Source of the DNA: a virus | DNA length: 64,000 bases | Reading direction: 5' to 3' (one strand) | Virus record (IMG/VR): IMGVR_UViG_3300008259_000147 | Span: 14,656 to 78,655 of that record | Shown here: positions 28,601-37,327 of the stretch, piece by piece | Numbering within the stretch: position 1 is the first letter of the stretch | Layout of the letters: each line of letters begins with the position of its first letter | Notes under the pieces: model-generated | The model's database searches: none | Seen by the model: the letters and a program-made list of their open reading frames with translations, nothing else | Told to the model about the DNA's origin: nothing | Made by a program: the position numbers and the translations under genes

Positions 28601-30603
28601 TTAGGAAGTGAGCCTCCTTGTTTAGCATATTGAATATTATCAAGCATTTGATTTTGATCAGGCTCATTTCTAGATATGGTATTTAACATATCTATAATTT
28701 GATCATCTGTATAAACACCTCTAAGTTGTTCTAATGCATCATAACTACTATCAGTTAAAGGTTTATAAGAGCCAAACATATCTATAGTAGCCTTTTCTGT
28801 AAAAGGATTATAAATACCTTGATTTTTCATTTCAAACCTTAATGCATTTAATCTAGCTCTTGTTTCAGTAGGACTAGCTACATAATAATTAAATTCATCC
28901 ATGCCTACCATTTTAGGATAATGACCAAACATATTAGGTTTTTGTCTTTTACGAGCAGTATTGTATGCATATTTCCCCATCAAATTTATATCTGAAATAG
29001 GAATTAACGGACCACCAAAATCACTTGCATGACTTATTTCATGAACATCAGTATCTAAAAGATTATCTTTTGAAAATGGTGTATTGGTTATTCTAGAGAT
29101 AGGAGAATTTCTAATTTTAGAATCATCAGTTGGATAATAACCCAATGCATTATAAGCATTTGATCCTTCGTATCCAATAACCTCCATATTATCTGATGTT
29201 CCATAACTATCAAGATAATTTCCACTTGTGTCATACCAATCCCGAAGATCATGTTTCCAATATTTTTGCTTTAATTTGGGATTTATATTTCTTGCAAAAT
29301 TCCAATATGATGAAGGATACTTATCCAATTCAGTTCTACTAAATCCAGATACACCTTTATCTTCAGGATATTTTTCATCTATCTCCTTACGTGAAAATTT
29401 AACATCTATATTATTAATATTTTCTAATCTTTTATCTCTTATTTGTTGCCAAAATGGATCTGTAGAGTAAAATGAATATGTGTCAGTATCAAATGACAAA
29501 GGTCTATGATTAGTAAAAAACTGTTCCCATCCAGTTGGATTATCTTTTTGAACAGATCTTTGTAACATTTGTTGAGCCATTGGAGAATTTGTCCAATCTC
29601 TCATAAAGTCTCTTCCTTGTTCTACTAACTGATCATAATAGTTAACTTCTACACCTTTCATCATACAAGTTTGAAATTCTTCATTCCATACTTGACCTTC
29701 AGGACATTCTCCTTTATTTCCAGATTGAGCTCTACGCAATGAGCCCCCTTGTCTATATCCATAATCTTGAGCATATGGACTAGGCCCTTGAAATTGCTTT
29801 TCAAAGTTTCTAGCTTCTCCTTCTAAAGTCCAAGGAGTATCATACATTGCAGGGTTAACATATCTATTATAAACTACTTCAGGAGAAGCAAAATTGAATG
29901 ATGGATTGTTAGATAAAAATTCATCAGTAATATATTTTTGATCTAATGCTCTTCTATTCCAATATTGCATTGCTGCATCATTCCCTGAAGGAATAGTTGG
30001 TTCTTTTAAAGGACCAGGATAAAATTCTGAATAACCAGAGTCTCCATTTATGTCTTGCCAGTAATGAAACATTTCATGAGGAACAACTCCTGGTATATGT
30101 TTATCTGCATCTGATAAATGTATAGTCTTAGTTAAAGGCTCATAAAAGCTATTACCTTGATTTGTAGTATCAAAGTATACACCACCTTGACCACCTGTTT
30201 GACGAACACCCTCTTTCATTGAATCTAAAAACAAACTTTTTGGAGATGCAGGATCTGCAGAATGCTGTCTCATAAGTTTATAAACTATATCATACTGAAG
30301 TCTTTCTGCAGGAGTTAACTGATTTGTAACATATAAGTATGTATCTAAATTCTCTGGATTCCTATCTGCTTCTGGATTTACCTTAGGCATATTTGAAGTA
30401 TCTCTTATACACTTTTTTGTAACAGGATCTTTAATCCATCCTGTAGGACAACCACCTGTTTGTGTTTCTTTCTTTACAGGTTTTTTTGGTGTATTAAAAT
30501 AATAGTCTACCATACCTTGCTGAGCTTTAGGTAATGGCAATGCACCACCTGAGCGCATTACTCTCTTTTGTTGGATAAGGTGAAGAAGCTTGTCAGTTTT
30601 CAT
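25612..30603 (-). CDS. Polyvalent protein/polyprotein (1663 aa): two zincins, ART-like domain, GH108-like and T4-lysozyme-like domains separated by GG linkers
   Basis: HEMFH...LEGEAR (30064-30078); HEISH...TETRAR (29029-29043); LYR...LYFAED...YG; DFMYNAG; QENG...HEGGLPTIGYGHKL...DYVYNLG; six xxGG linkers. Confidence 0.7.
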   Translation of the reverse strand: MKTDKLLHLIQQKRVMRSGGALPLPKAQQGMVDYYFNTPKKPVKKETQTGGCPTGWIKDPVTKKCIRDTSNMPKVNPEADRNPENLDTYLYVTNQLTPAERLQYDIVYKLMRQHSADPASPKSLFLDSMKEGVRQTGGQGGVYFDTTNQGNSFYEPLTKTIHLSDADKHIPGVVPHEMFHYWQDINGDSGYSEFYPGPLKEPTIPSGNDAAMQYWNRRALDQKYITDEFLSNNPSFNFASPEVVYNRYVNPAMYDTPWTLEGEARNFEKQFQGPSPYAQDYGYRQGGSLRRAQSGNKGECPEGQVWNEEFQTCMMKGVEVNYYDQLVEQGRDFMRDWTNSPMAQQMLQRSVQKDNPTGWEQFFTNHRPLSFDTDTYSFYSTDPFWQQIRDKRLENINNIDVKFSRKEIDEKYPEDKGVSGFSRTELDKYPSSYWNFARNINPKLKQKYWKHDLRDWYDTSGNYLDSYGTSDNMEVIGYEGSNAYNALGYYPTDDSKIRNSPISRITNTPFSKDNLLDTDVHEISHASDFGGPLIPISDINLMGKYAYNTARKRQKPNMFGHYPKMVGMDEFNYYVASPTETRARLNALRFEMKNQGIYNPFTEKATIDMFGSYKPLTDSSYDALEQLRGVYTDDQIIDMLNTISRNEPDQNQMLDNIQYAKQGGSLPKHQLTGSVSAQLINQALGQTNPANVRSTVTVAPKNVAAQSVAKDIATYGSIEKAEQAKAFKKSQAAQKESKIYTNKPGYGNYEYYNPAQGEFRDDTKLAPEGSTRATFQNPFVGTGLKGTKRFVNAFDNAGRMAFGVNPQMGIFPKSFSELFKKSTPISQDVLSAYNLAKSYQKEGLIKYLPESPEGFESWLQTQYNQRPLYRVVDVSPEIINDPLFRKRMASLGKNPDNPYDVAEIMGTSTAPENVINRGRRSGGHDQLLQGSNKDILYFAEDPTWIGERYGGNNPYYVKVFADPMPIGLNNQVNQLRNTSRLRKNYSRYFPDFDINQIPSGVLFEDKTLRVGPNLITPIIGTKGAKVRDAAAILSDMEFKMLQNKFFGEGGSLDKYQWKYGQVSPRDSVQNMGYNSMTWEDNRGSASGYGLSNFGNPALPVGASKDDAVNWYMDKYYPQLGAFPTAMEKASAGDFMYNAGRDPRVYMLDQYLKSIGQSGLPNRGSYNVDIKTDAWTPTLQQNLDNEWNKYKKDIYKLSEQERRVLLNNGRDFYYKNTYTADTPGVTYWSRSQDQKQGSVYDKATGYWYHRGPDGSLSPAYGNTWYGRQHASDQYVRLTDADVTNTSNKKFYPAKKQDGGNSFIGDLGTIGSAIMTNPVLFGNIDFLKLAGKSLWNNLVNDSDSPQTNQSTVDKEKLKTRQLNDYYDWLKYQENGVKKGWDSKLNVWMPYKSHEGGLPTIGYGHKLTPEDVKTKRFAKGITDDQAIKLMKDDFNSHYDQSVQGYNKRFKDRNLTFDTLPYNQQLLIEDYVYNLGPDFFQKDTEKYSKAFPKFLDAIVDYNQAKSDADRLKYRNIIAKQYARGTKKAPNRERNKGTVEFFLKDFGINLDMVDPSTYKERGGEFLPKAQGGLLSKARFGKSIYGTDPNDMSIFSMVHGKPNRYFETKQEGDKYYVQQRGDFPLSNQQFKNWNSPSAAFSSPNQLNEWHSIGAHEYNKLNSQAGLYDR

Positions 30604-33600
30604 CGTGGACTTAGAGTTTCTTTTGTTGTTACTACTTTTAAATTCATTTTTTCAGATCCTGATTGCAATCTTCTTAAGATAACTCTATTTCCATAGTGTC
30701 TAAACTTCTTCCTTTGCAAAGGTGACTTAGCATAATTAACAGCTTGAGGATTTAGATTCTTCCTATAGCCATTACATTCTGTGATAAAGTTAGTAATTTG
30801 TAAGCCATTAAACTCACCTCTATCTCTTGTAGCATCCCAGAATTGATTAAATCTGTATTTATTCTCTTCTTTAGCCACATGAATATCTATACTATCTAAA
30901 TTTATCTTAGGGTAATTTAACAAAGCTACAGGATTATTTTTAGGTTTAATATGTAAATTTAATAAACCTGAGGTTTGTTCTGTATTATAAATAAGAGCTT
31001 GATCAAAGTTTCCATCCAACACATGATATCTATCTACACATCCTGTGTTGTATTTGAATACTTCTAAGTAATACTCCACACTTTTTATTGTAGTAACCGA
31101 AGCACCTGTGTTTACAGGAAACTCTATCTCCCATCCATAGTTTACACCATAGTAATTATTATAGCTATTACATAATACATTGTGTTTCCAAAAGTCATTA
31201 CCTTTTATAGTGTAGAAATGATCATTTGTAGAGAACTCTAAGTTAGGATGCCAGTCATGAAAACTTATCCACATCTTAGTTTTAGGATCATAACTAATAG
31301 TCCAAGAGCAATCTTCAAAGTAGTTAGTATCGCTAGGATCAATTAAAGTTTTATTAGATGTGTTAATAGGAATTAAAGTAACTACAAATTTATTAATAAG
31401 ATTTAATTGAATATTGGCAGGTACTTTAGAATCAATCAGTGTAATATTAATTTTAAAACTACCATCTGAAATATAAGGAAATGCTTTTTTAATATTTGGT
31501 GCTTTTTCTATTTCAGTGGCCACACAATTTACAAATGATTCAATACCTGCATTTGTAGGAACTGTTGCAGTGTAAGTACATGTTGCAAGATCATATCCAT
31601 TTATATTTCCAGATATCTGATAGCCATCTTGTAATTGAGTTGTACTTGATCCATAAGTAACTTTGAAATTATATGAGTATGATGTTACTCGGAAGTTTTT
31701 AGTGTCAGGCATATACTCTATATCTGTCCCTACTTCTATTCCAGGCAATAACTTATAATCCTTTTTAGAGAAATATACAATCTCATATTGATTATCATAT
31801 GTTGTTTGACATCCAATTCCTTTTACAGGATTATCTGTTAAATCGTAATTTGGAAAAGATTTTGTCAAACTGTATATCAGATTTTCTGCAAACCAATATC
31901 TCATACCATTCATAGAAATATCAACTATCTGATTACCAGCTAACTGCATAATCTTTCCATTTCTTTGACTCATGTAGAAAATACCATATGTAGTATTAAT
32001 TACACTTCTTGTAGATTGACAAGAACCATATTCTAATTCAAGATCTGCATTTACAAGAGCTTGAAATGGTTGGTTAAATAAACCACCATCACCAATTGTA
32101 ATTCTATTACCTGTAGATGTTTGTAATTCATCTACCCCATTAATAGTTGTAGGTGTTGCATCATCAAAGAAAATAGCAGAACCTGTTCTATTAATTGGCT
32201 TTACATTAGTAATTACATTTTCAAAATCTTTGTAGTTGTTGTTTAAGTATATTCTCCAGTTATCTCTAGATTGTTCATACTGCTGCTGCAAACTATAAAC
32301 CATTCTAGCAGGATAATATTCAAAACAAGATGCAGGAATATCTGGATCATATGATCTAGGCAAAACACTTGACCAACTTGTATTATTTATTGAAGCTTTT
32401 GATACAGATAAACTATAATCATATTTAAAGAACTCTGGCACTTTTATAATGTCTGTTCTAAATAACTCATATAGATTAGTGTTGCCATATGGATTATAGA
32501 ATTGCTCAGAAGGTAGAGCACCATAATCTCTACTTGCTAAATTAATCTCAGACTCACAATAAAAATCCTTAACCCCATTTACAAAAAGATAGAAGTATCC
32601 ATTCTTAATATAGAATGTCTTCTTTAACATATCCTGAATTCTTAATCTATATGAATTTGGATCTCTATCTAAATGATATAATTTACTTGGGCCAAGTACC
32701 CAACTAGTAATTGTACCAACTGGATTAGTTACTAATTTTGCAAACTTGCGAGCAAAATCTCTAATAAATCTTAAAGGATTTAAACTAAGTCTAGGAAATG
32801 CACTTGTGTTAATTGAAATATCATTAAAGTCTATTCCTTCAAATGTAGACCAATATCTAGGATACGCAACATTAGCATATAGCTTATAATCAAAGTCAGT
32901 TCCATCAGGCATGTTAAATAGCCATTGATTAAATAATGGAAATGTATTTTTCTCAGTATATCTATTAATGTAGACATCTCCTCTAAAATAAACAGAAGAA
33001 GTGTGAGGATAGTTTTTTGTATATACAATCTTCTCTACACAAGTTGATACAGGAATCTGAGTTATAGATGATAATTGACCATATGCACCTTTTAAATCTA
33101 ACTTTAATCCTACATAATAAGAAGAAATGTTTAAAGTAAAATTATTATTTGTTGTTGTCCAAGCTTTTAATTGATTTACAGTTCTTCTACTTTGATCAAT
33201 TGTTGAAGGATTTACTAATGTTCCAATTGTATTTATTATTGCAGTATTTGGTCTAAATAAATTATTCACGGTATATGTTCCATCAAATACTTGAACACCT
33301 GACTCAACATATCTAGCTGCTTTAATTTGTCTTCTGTAGTTTTGATTTTGAGGATTCTTTTTTGAACTATAAAATCCATGGCTATTATATTGTAATGCAT
33401 ATTGTCTCCAAGGCAAAAGTTCCATTACAAGCTTCATAGCATTACCAAATCCTTGAGCTAACATGAATCCACCAATGCTAAATATTAAATTCATCTGAGT
33501 AATAAAACTCATTATGTCAGGAAGTATTCCAGGTTTTTTAGTAGAAGGATTTAAAGTAGTAAGTTCATTTCCTTCAGAGTTCATTGTTGGAGCTCCTACC

Positions 33601-35843
33601 CAAGATCCTGAACCAGCAGGACCTAAAAAACCTCCTGCAAAAGTACCACCCAATGCTGCAGCATATGCTAATGCTGCTTTTCCACCAGCACCACCTGCAA
33701 CTCCAACAGCAGTTGTTAAAGGAATTGAAGTAGGGTCTTTTGCAGTGTTACCTTTCACTGTTGTCTTTTTTCCAACTAAAGCTAAAATAGCAGAACCAAG
33801 TCCTAATAGTAGACATCCTATAAATGCACCTTGTGATGGAATTTTATGTTTAGGATGACCATAAGGTGGTGTAAAAGTTCCTATAGAATTACCATAGTAT
33901 TCTGAATAAACTCTTACCTCATTTGGATTTAAATAAGTTCCTCTAAAATTAAAATCAGGAGTATGAAATGTAAAGTAATCTTTTCTATATAGTGTTATAG
34001 GATTCTTAGTGTCATCATGCTCTTGTGGTCCTGGAGGATTATACCATGTGTTTTTGTATAAATAATAATCAGGATCTAAACAATTGTATGGATAGTTCTG
34101 ATATAGTGCTTTTGCATTAGGTTGATTAGGTATGTCATACTCAAACATATTATTAATCAAACCTTTTGCAATAACTGTTTTATTACCAGTTCTTGATCCT
34201 CTTAATATTTCATATCCAACAATTGATTTAATAACATCTCCATTCTCATCAAGAGGTGGTTTTATATTTTCAAATTGTATACCTAATAATTGAATTGATT
34301 TATTCGCATTATCATAAATTGGAGAAACTATGTCATCTGGAAATTTATGATGCCTAATGTATTGTCCACACAAATCATAGTCACTAATTTGTGAATTAGG
34401 ATAAGGGGTTGTAGTAATAGTACTCCAAGTATATTCACTAGGATTCCAAATTCTAGGTTTGTTGGGATATCTATTTTCAGATTCCCAATAAGCCATATAT
34501 CCTTTGTTTCTAATTTTTGCACCATCTGCTGTTGAGCCAGATCCTCCAAGTGAAATCCCTGTGTTATAGACTCTCCACTTTTCAGCTGATGTAGCTCCAT
34601 TATTATCATAAGGAAGAACATCAGGACCACTAACTGTTATGTTATCCCAGCCTGGTCTAATAGGTCTTCCTGGAATATGATAAGATGCAGATTTATCACC
34701 TGTCTTATAAGCCCATCTAATAAAGAAAGAATATATCTCATCTCTCATATATCCTGTTTCATTATTACCTTTTACATAATAATCTGCAGGATATTCTACT
34801 TGTACCCATTTTGTAACAATTTGATTTGCAAGAGGCTGATAATTAAAATCAGCTTTGCTTTTCATTCCAGTTCTTAATAGATAAAAGTTTAATAAAAACA
34901 TCTTGTCAGATGTTTCATATATTGTCTGATTAATTGGAATATCTTCAAGTGGTACTTGAACTAATGTATCATTGTTATTATCAATGTGTACTTTAGTTTG
35001 AGAAGTATTAAAAAAACCAACACGCTTTGCATTAGTTACAGAATTAATAGTGCTTATTAGTACAACTTCATATTCCTCAAAGTTTGTATCTATTTGAGTA
35101 AATGTTAAATCTATTGATCCACCATTATTCTCATGATCCCAAATACTTACAATATTACTCGGCATAAAGTAATTACTCACTCTTAAACCATTGATGCTAT
35201 AAGCAACTACTACTTGATATGATCCATTAAATAATGTACCTGAACTATTAGATCTTACAATGGAGAAACAAGGTAGATCTATTAGATAGTGTAATCTTGT
35301 TTTATCACAATCTAAAACAGGAGGATCATAATAAATTGGCTCAGGACAATCAGGATTAGTTGTATCATATTGTTTAATCAACCAAGGAATTTTATCAAGA
35401 TTAATAGCTCTATCTGGATTTAATCCATCTGCAAAATAAAATGTGTAAGTACAATCAAAATTAGATTGAGTAACTCCTGTAATTAAATTTGATCTTTTAA
35501 ATCCTAAACAACTAGATGAAATATATCTAGTATACTCACAACTATTTTCATCAAATATTCCAATCTCACTTGTTATGTCATTTGTAGAACAAACAAACCA
35601 AGTTGTCGCATCTCTGCGAACAATTCCAATAACATCAAAATTAGTAGATGTGCAATATTGAGTAGATGGCTCATTTCCAATAGTACCCCCATCTCCTAAG
35701 TTAGAACTTGTCATAGCATTAATTGCATTAGTCCAAACTCCCTCAGGAACATAGCTATCATTAAAATCTTTGTAAAGTCCTTTAGTATAAGTATTAGACT
35801 TTGCATCAATTAAATTTTGAGTGTTATCTTGCTGTTTAGCCAT
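30600..35843 (-). CDS. Tail stabilisation / muzzle protein (P22 gp10-like, crAss-type), 1747 aa
   Basis: KGLYKD...NEPS N-terminus, GYMRDEIYSF, GDVYINRY, EYGSCQS, ISMNGMRYWF, WTISYDPKTKMWISFHDWHP are characteristic of crAss-like stabilisation proteins; follows the tubular/ring genes. Confidence 0.8.
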   Translation of the reverse strand: MAKQQDNTQNLIDAKSNTYTKGLYKDFNDSYVPEGVWTNAINAMTSSNLGDGGTIGNEPSTQYCTSTNFDVIGIVRRDATTWFVCSTNDITSEIGIFDENSCEYTRYISSSCLGFKRSNLITGVTQSNFDCTYTFYFADGLNPDRAINLDKIPWLIKQYDTTNPDCPEPIYYDPPVLDCDKTRLHYLIDLPCFSIVRSNSSGTLFNGSYQVVVAYSINGLRVSNYFMPSNIVSIWDHENNGGSIDLTFTQIDTNFEEYEVVLISTINSVTNAKRVGFFNTSQTKVHIDNNNDTLVQVPLEDIPINQTIYETSDKMFLLNFYLLRTGMKSKADFNYQPLANQIVTKWVQVEYPADYYVKGNNETGYMRDEIYSFFIRWAYKTGDKSASYHIPGRPIRPGWDNITVSGPDVLPYDNNGATSAEKWRVYNTGISLGGSGSTADGAKIRNKGYMAYWESENRYPNKPRIWNPSEYTWSTITTTPYPNSQISDYDLCGQYIRHHKFPDDIVSPIYDNANKSIQLLGIQFENIKPPLDENGDVIKSIVGYEILRGSRTGNKTVIAKGLINNMFEYDIPNQPNAKALYQNYPYNCLDPDYYLYKNTWYNPPGPQEHDDTKNPITLYRKDYFTFHTPDFNFRGTYLNPNEVRVYSEYYGNSIGTFTPPYGHPKHKIPSQGAFIGCLLLGLGSAILALVGKKTTVKGNTAKDPTSIPLTTAVGVAGGAGGKAALAYAAALGGTFAGGFLGPAGSGSWVGAPTMNSEGNELTTLNPSTKKPGILPDIMSFITQMNLIFSIGGFMLAQGFGNAMKLVMELLPWRQYALQYNSHGFYSSKKNPQNQNYRRQIKAARYVESGVQVFDGTYTVNNLFRPNTAIINTIGTLVNPSTIDQSRRTVNQLKAWTTTNNNFTLNISSYYVGLKLDLKGAYGQLSSITQIPVSTCVEKIVYTKNYPHTSSVYFRGDVYINRYTEKNTFPLFNQWLFNMPDGTDFDYKLYANVAYPRYWSTFEGIDFNDISINTSAFPRLSLNPLRFIRDFARKFAKLVTNPVGTITSWVLGPSKLYHLDRDPNSYRLRIQDMLKKTFYIKNGYFYLFVNGVKDFYCESEINLASRDYGALPSEQFYNPYGNTNLYELFRTDIIKVPEFFKYDYSLSVSKASINNTSWSSVLPRSYDPDIPASCFEYYPARMVYSLQQQYEQSRDNWRIYLNNNYKDFENVITNVKPINRTGSAIFFDDATPTTINGVDELQTSTGNRITIGDGGLFNQPFQALVNADLELEYGSCQSTRSVINTTYGIFYMSQRNGKIMQLAGNQIVDISMNGMRYWFAENLIYSLTKSFPNYDLTDNPVKGIGCQTTYDNQYEIVYFSKKDYKLLPGIEVGTDIEYMPDTKNFRVTSYSYNFKVTYGSSTTQLQDGYQISGNINGYDLATCTYTATVPTNAGIESFVNCVATEIEKAPNIKKAFPYISDGSFKINITLIDSKVPANIQLNLINKFVVTLIPINTSNKTLIDPSDTNYFEDCSWTISYDPKTKMWISFHDWHPNLEFSTNDHFYTIKGNDFWKHNVLCNSYNNYYGVNYGWEIEFPVNTGASVTTIKSVEYYLEVFKYNTGCVDRYHVLDGNFDQALIYNTEQTSGLLNLHIKPKNNPVALLNYPKINLDSIDIHVAKEENKYRFNQFWDATRDRGEFNGLQITNFITECNGYRKNLNPQAVNYAKSPLQRKKFRHYGNRVILRRLQSGSEKMNLKVVTTKETLSPR

Positions 35844-36228
35844 TTTGATTATCTACTTTTTCAAATTCTTTTTTGACTTTTTCACTGCCTATAAATTTAT
35901 AGAATTCTTCACACAGAAACCCCATCAACCAAGCACATGTTTCTTCATCTGTAATATCTCTATCTTCTGCTATTCTTTTTGCAGCATGAAATAACTCATG
36001 ACCTATTGTGTTATGATTAAGAAACTTAGCATCTATCATTACAATGTATAAGCCACCATCTACAGTAATAGTAATACCTTCTGCTTCTTCAGCTGCAGTA
36101 CCAGGAACTAATGTTCCCTTTGCATATTTCTTTTGTAAATACTTTTCTGACTTTCCCATCTCATTTGTTATTACAAATAAGATAGAACAATTGAATGTAT
36201 TTACTCTTACTTTTTTAGTAATTCTCAT
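35836..36228 (-). CDS. Small standalone zincin-like metallopeptidase (130 aa)
   Basis: TIGHELFHAA...DEETCAWLMG: HEXXH plus downstream Glu; overlaps both neighbours. Confidence 0.65.
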   Translation of the reverse strand: MRITKKVRVNTFNCSILFVITNEMGKSEKYLQKKYAKGTLVPGTAAEEAEGITITVDGGLYIVMIDAKFLNHNTIGHELFHAAKRIAEDRDITDEETCAWLMGFLCEEFYKFIGSEKVKKEFEKVDNQNG

Positions 36229-37327
36229 AAGGTCCCCTTACAGTTTTAAACCCACCATACCACGCATAGCTATTAAACATATTATAATACTTAGCATACA
36301 TTGCTTTTCTATTTTTCTCCCACATTCTCTTTAGTTCACCAAAGTCAGGAGTATTAATAAAGCTAAGAGCATTTGTTCTTGCAGGTCTAAGCTTAGCTTG
36401 TATAAGCTGTAACTTTTGACTAGTATTCTCACCATTTAAAAATAAGTTCTCAAGTATTCTTTCTTTAAGAGCATATTCATAATAGTCATTAACTACTGGA
36501 TGATCAAGCACTAATAAATTACCTTCATCATCTTCCATTACAGATTCATAGTTAATATATACTCTACCTTCTTTAAAATTAATAGTATGAATAAATCCAT
36601 CTCTAATTTTAAGTCTATAATTATAAGAACCTACATTTCTTAAGTTACACTCTGGTTCCCCATAGTTATATGGTAAAATCTCAATAGGAACTGGTCTAGG
36701 AAATTCTCTAATTAACCCTGGTCTTGTCTCTGTAATCTTACAACCATCTGGACAATTGTCCACAGAAATAGAACAATTGGCTACAATGTTAGCAGCAGCA
36801 ATAATGTTAATTCTTGCACCTGCGTAGTGTTCAAATACTTTAATCTTTACTTGATCAGGATTGATAATTACATATTCAAAGTTTACATAATCTTTACTTG
36901 AATTTTGAACAGTAAGTACAATATTAGTTGAAGCTAAATTATGAGTTACAATGTTATCTCCAACAGATAAATCAGCCACTTGAATCAATGGTCTTGCATT
37001 TGTAATCTCTGCAAGTTTTAACATTTGATCATACATTGTCTGAATCTGTGATGATACACAACTTGTATATGTATCATTACCAACCCCACACAACATTGCA
37101 AAATTCATTACATAAAAATCAGCAGGAAGTTTAGCTCTGCCATCTTTTACATCAATCATTTTACCCCTTGATTGATTAATCTTTAAACCAAGTTCATAAT
37201 TGATCTTAATTGCAATCTTTAATAATTCTTGAGGATTGATAAAGTTATCCTGATCATAAGTGTAGAAATCACTTCTGACAGAATTCATTAAATCATCAAA
37301 GTTTCTATATTGGAGTTCTGTCTTCAT
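36215..37327 (-). CDS. Tail ring/connector protein (370 aa)
   Basis: DVKDGRAKLPADF and FIHTINFKEGRVYINYES..EDDEGNLLVLDHP...YALKE motifs of crAss-like ring proteins; position between the tubular and stabilisation genes. Confidence 0.65.
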   Translation of the reverse strand: MKTELQYRNFDDLMNSVRSDFYTYDQDNFINPQELLKIAIKINYELGLKINQSRGKMIDVKDGRAKLPADFYVMNFAMLCGVGNDTYTSCVSSQIQTMYDQMLKLAEITNARPLIQVADLSVGDNIVTHNLASTNIVLTVQNSSKDYVNFEYVIINPDQVKIKVFEHYAGARINIIAAANIVANCSISVDNCPDGCKITETRPGLIREFPRPVPIEILPYNYGEPECNLRNVGSYNYRLKIRDGFIHTINFKEGRVYINYESVMEDDEGNLLVLDHPVVNDYYEYALKERILENLFLNGENTSQKLQLIQAKLRPARTNALSFINTPDFGELKRMWEKNRKAMYAKYYNMFNSYAWYGGFKTVRGPYENY

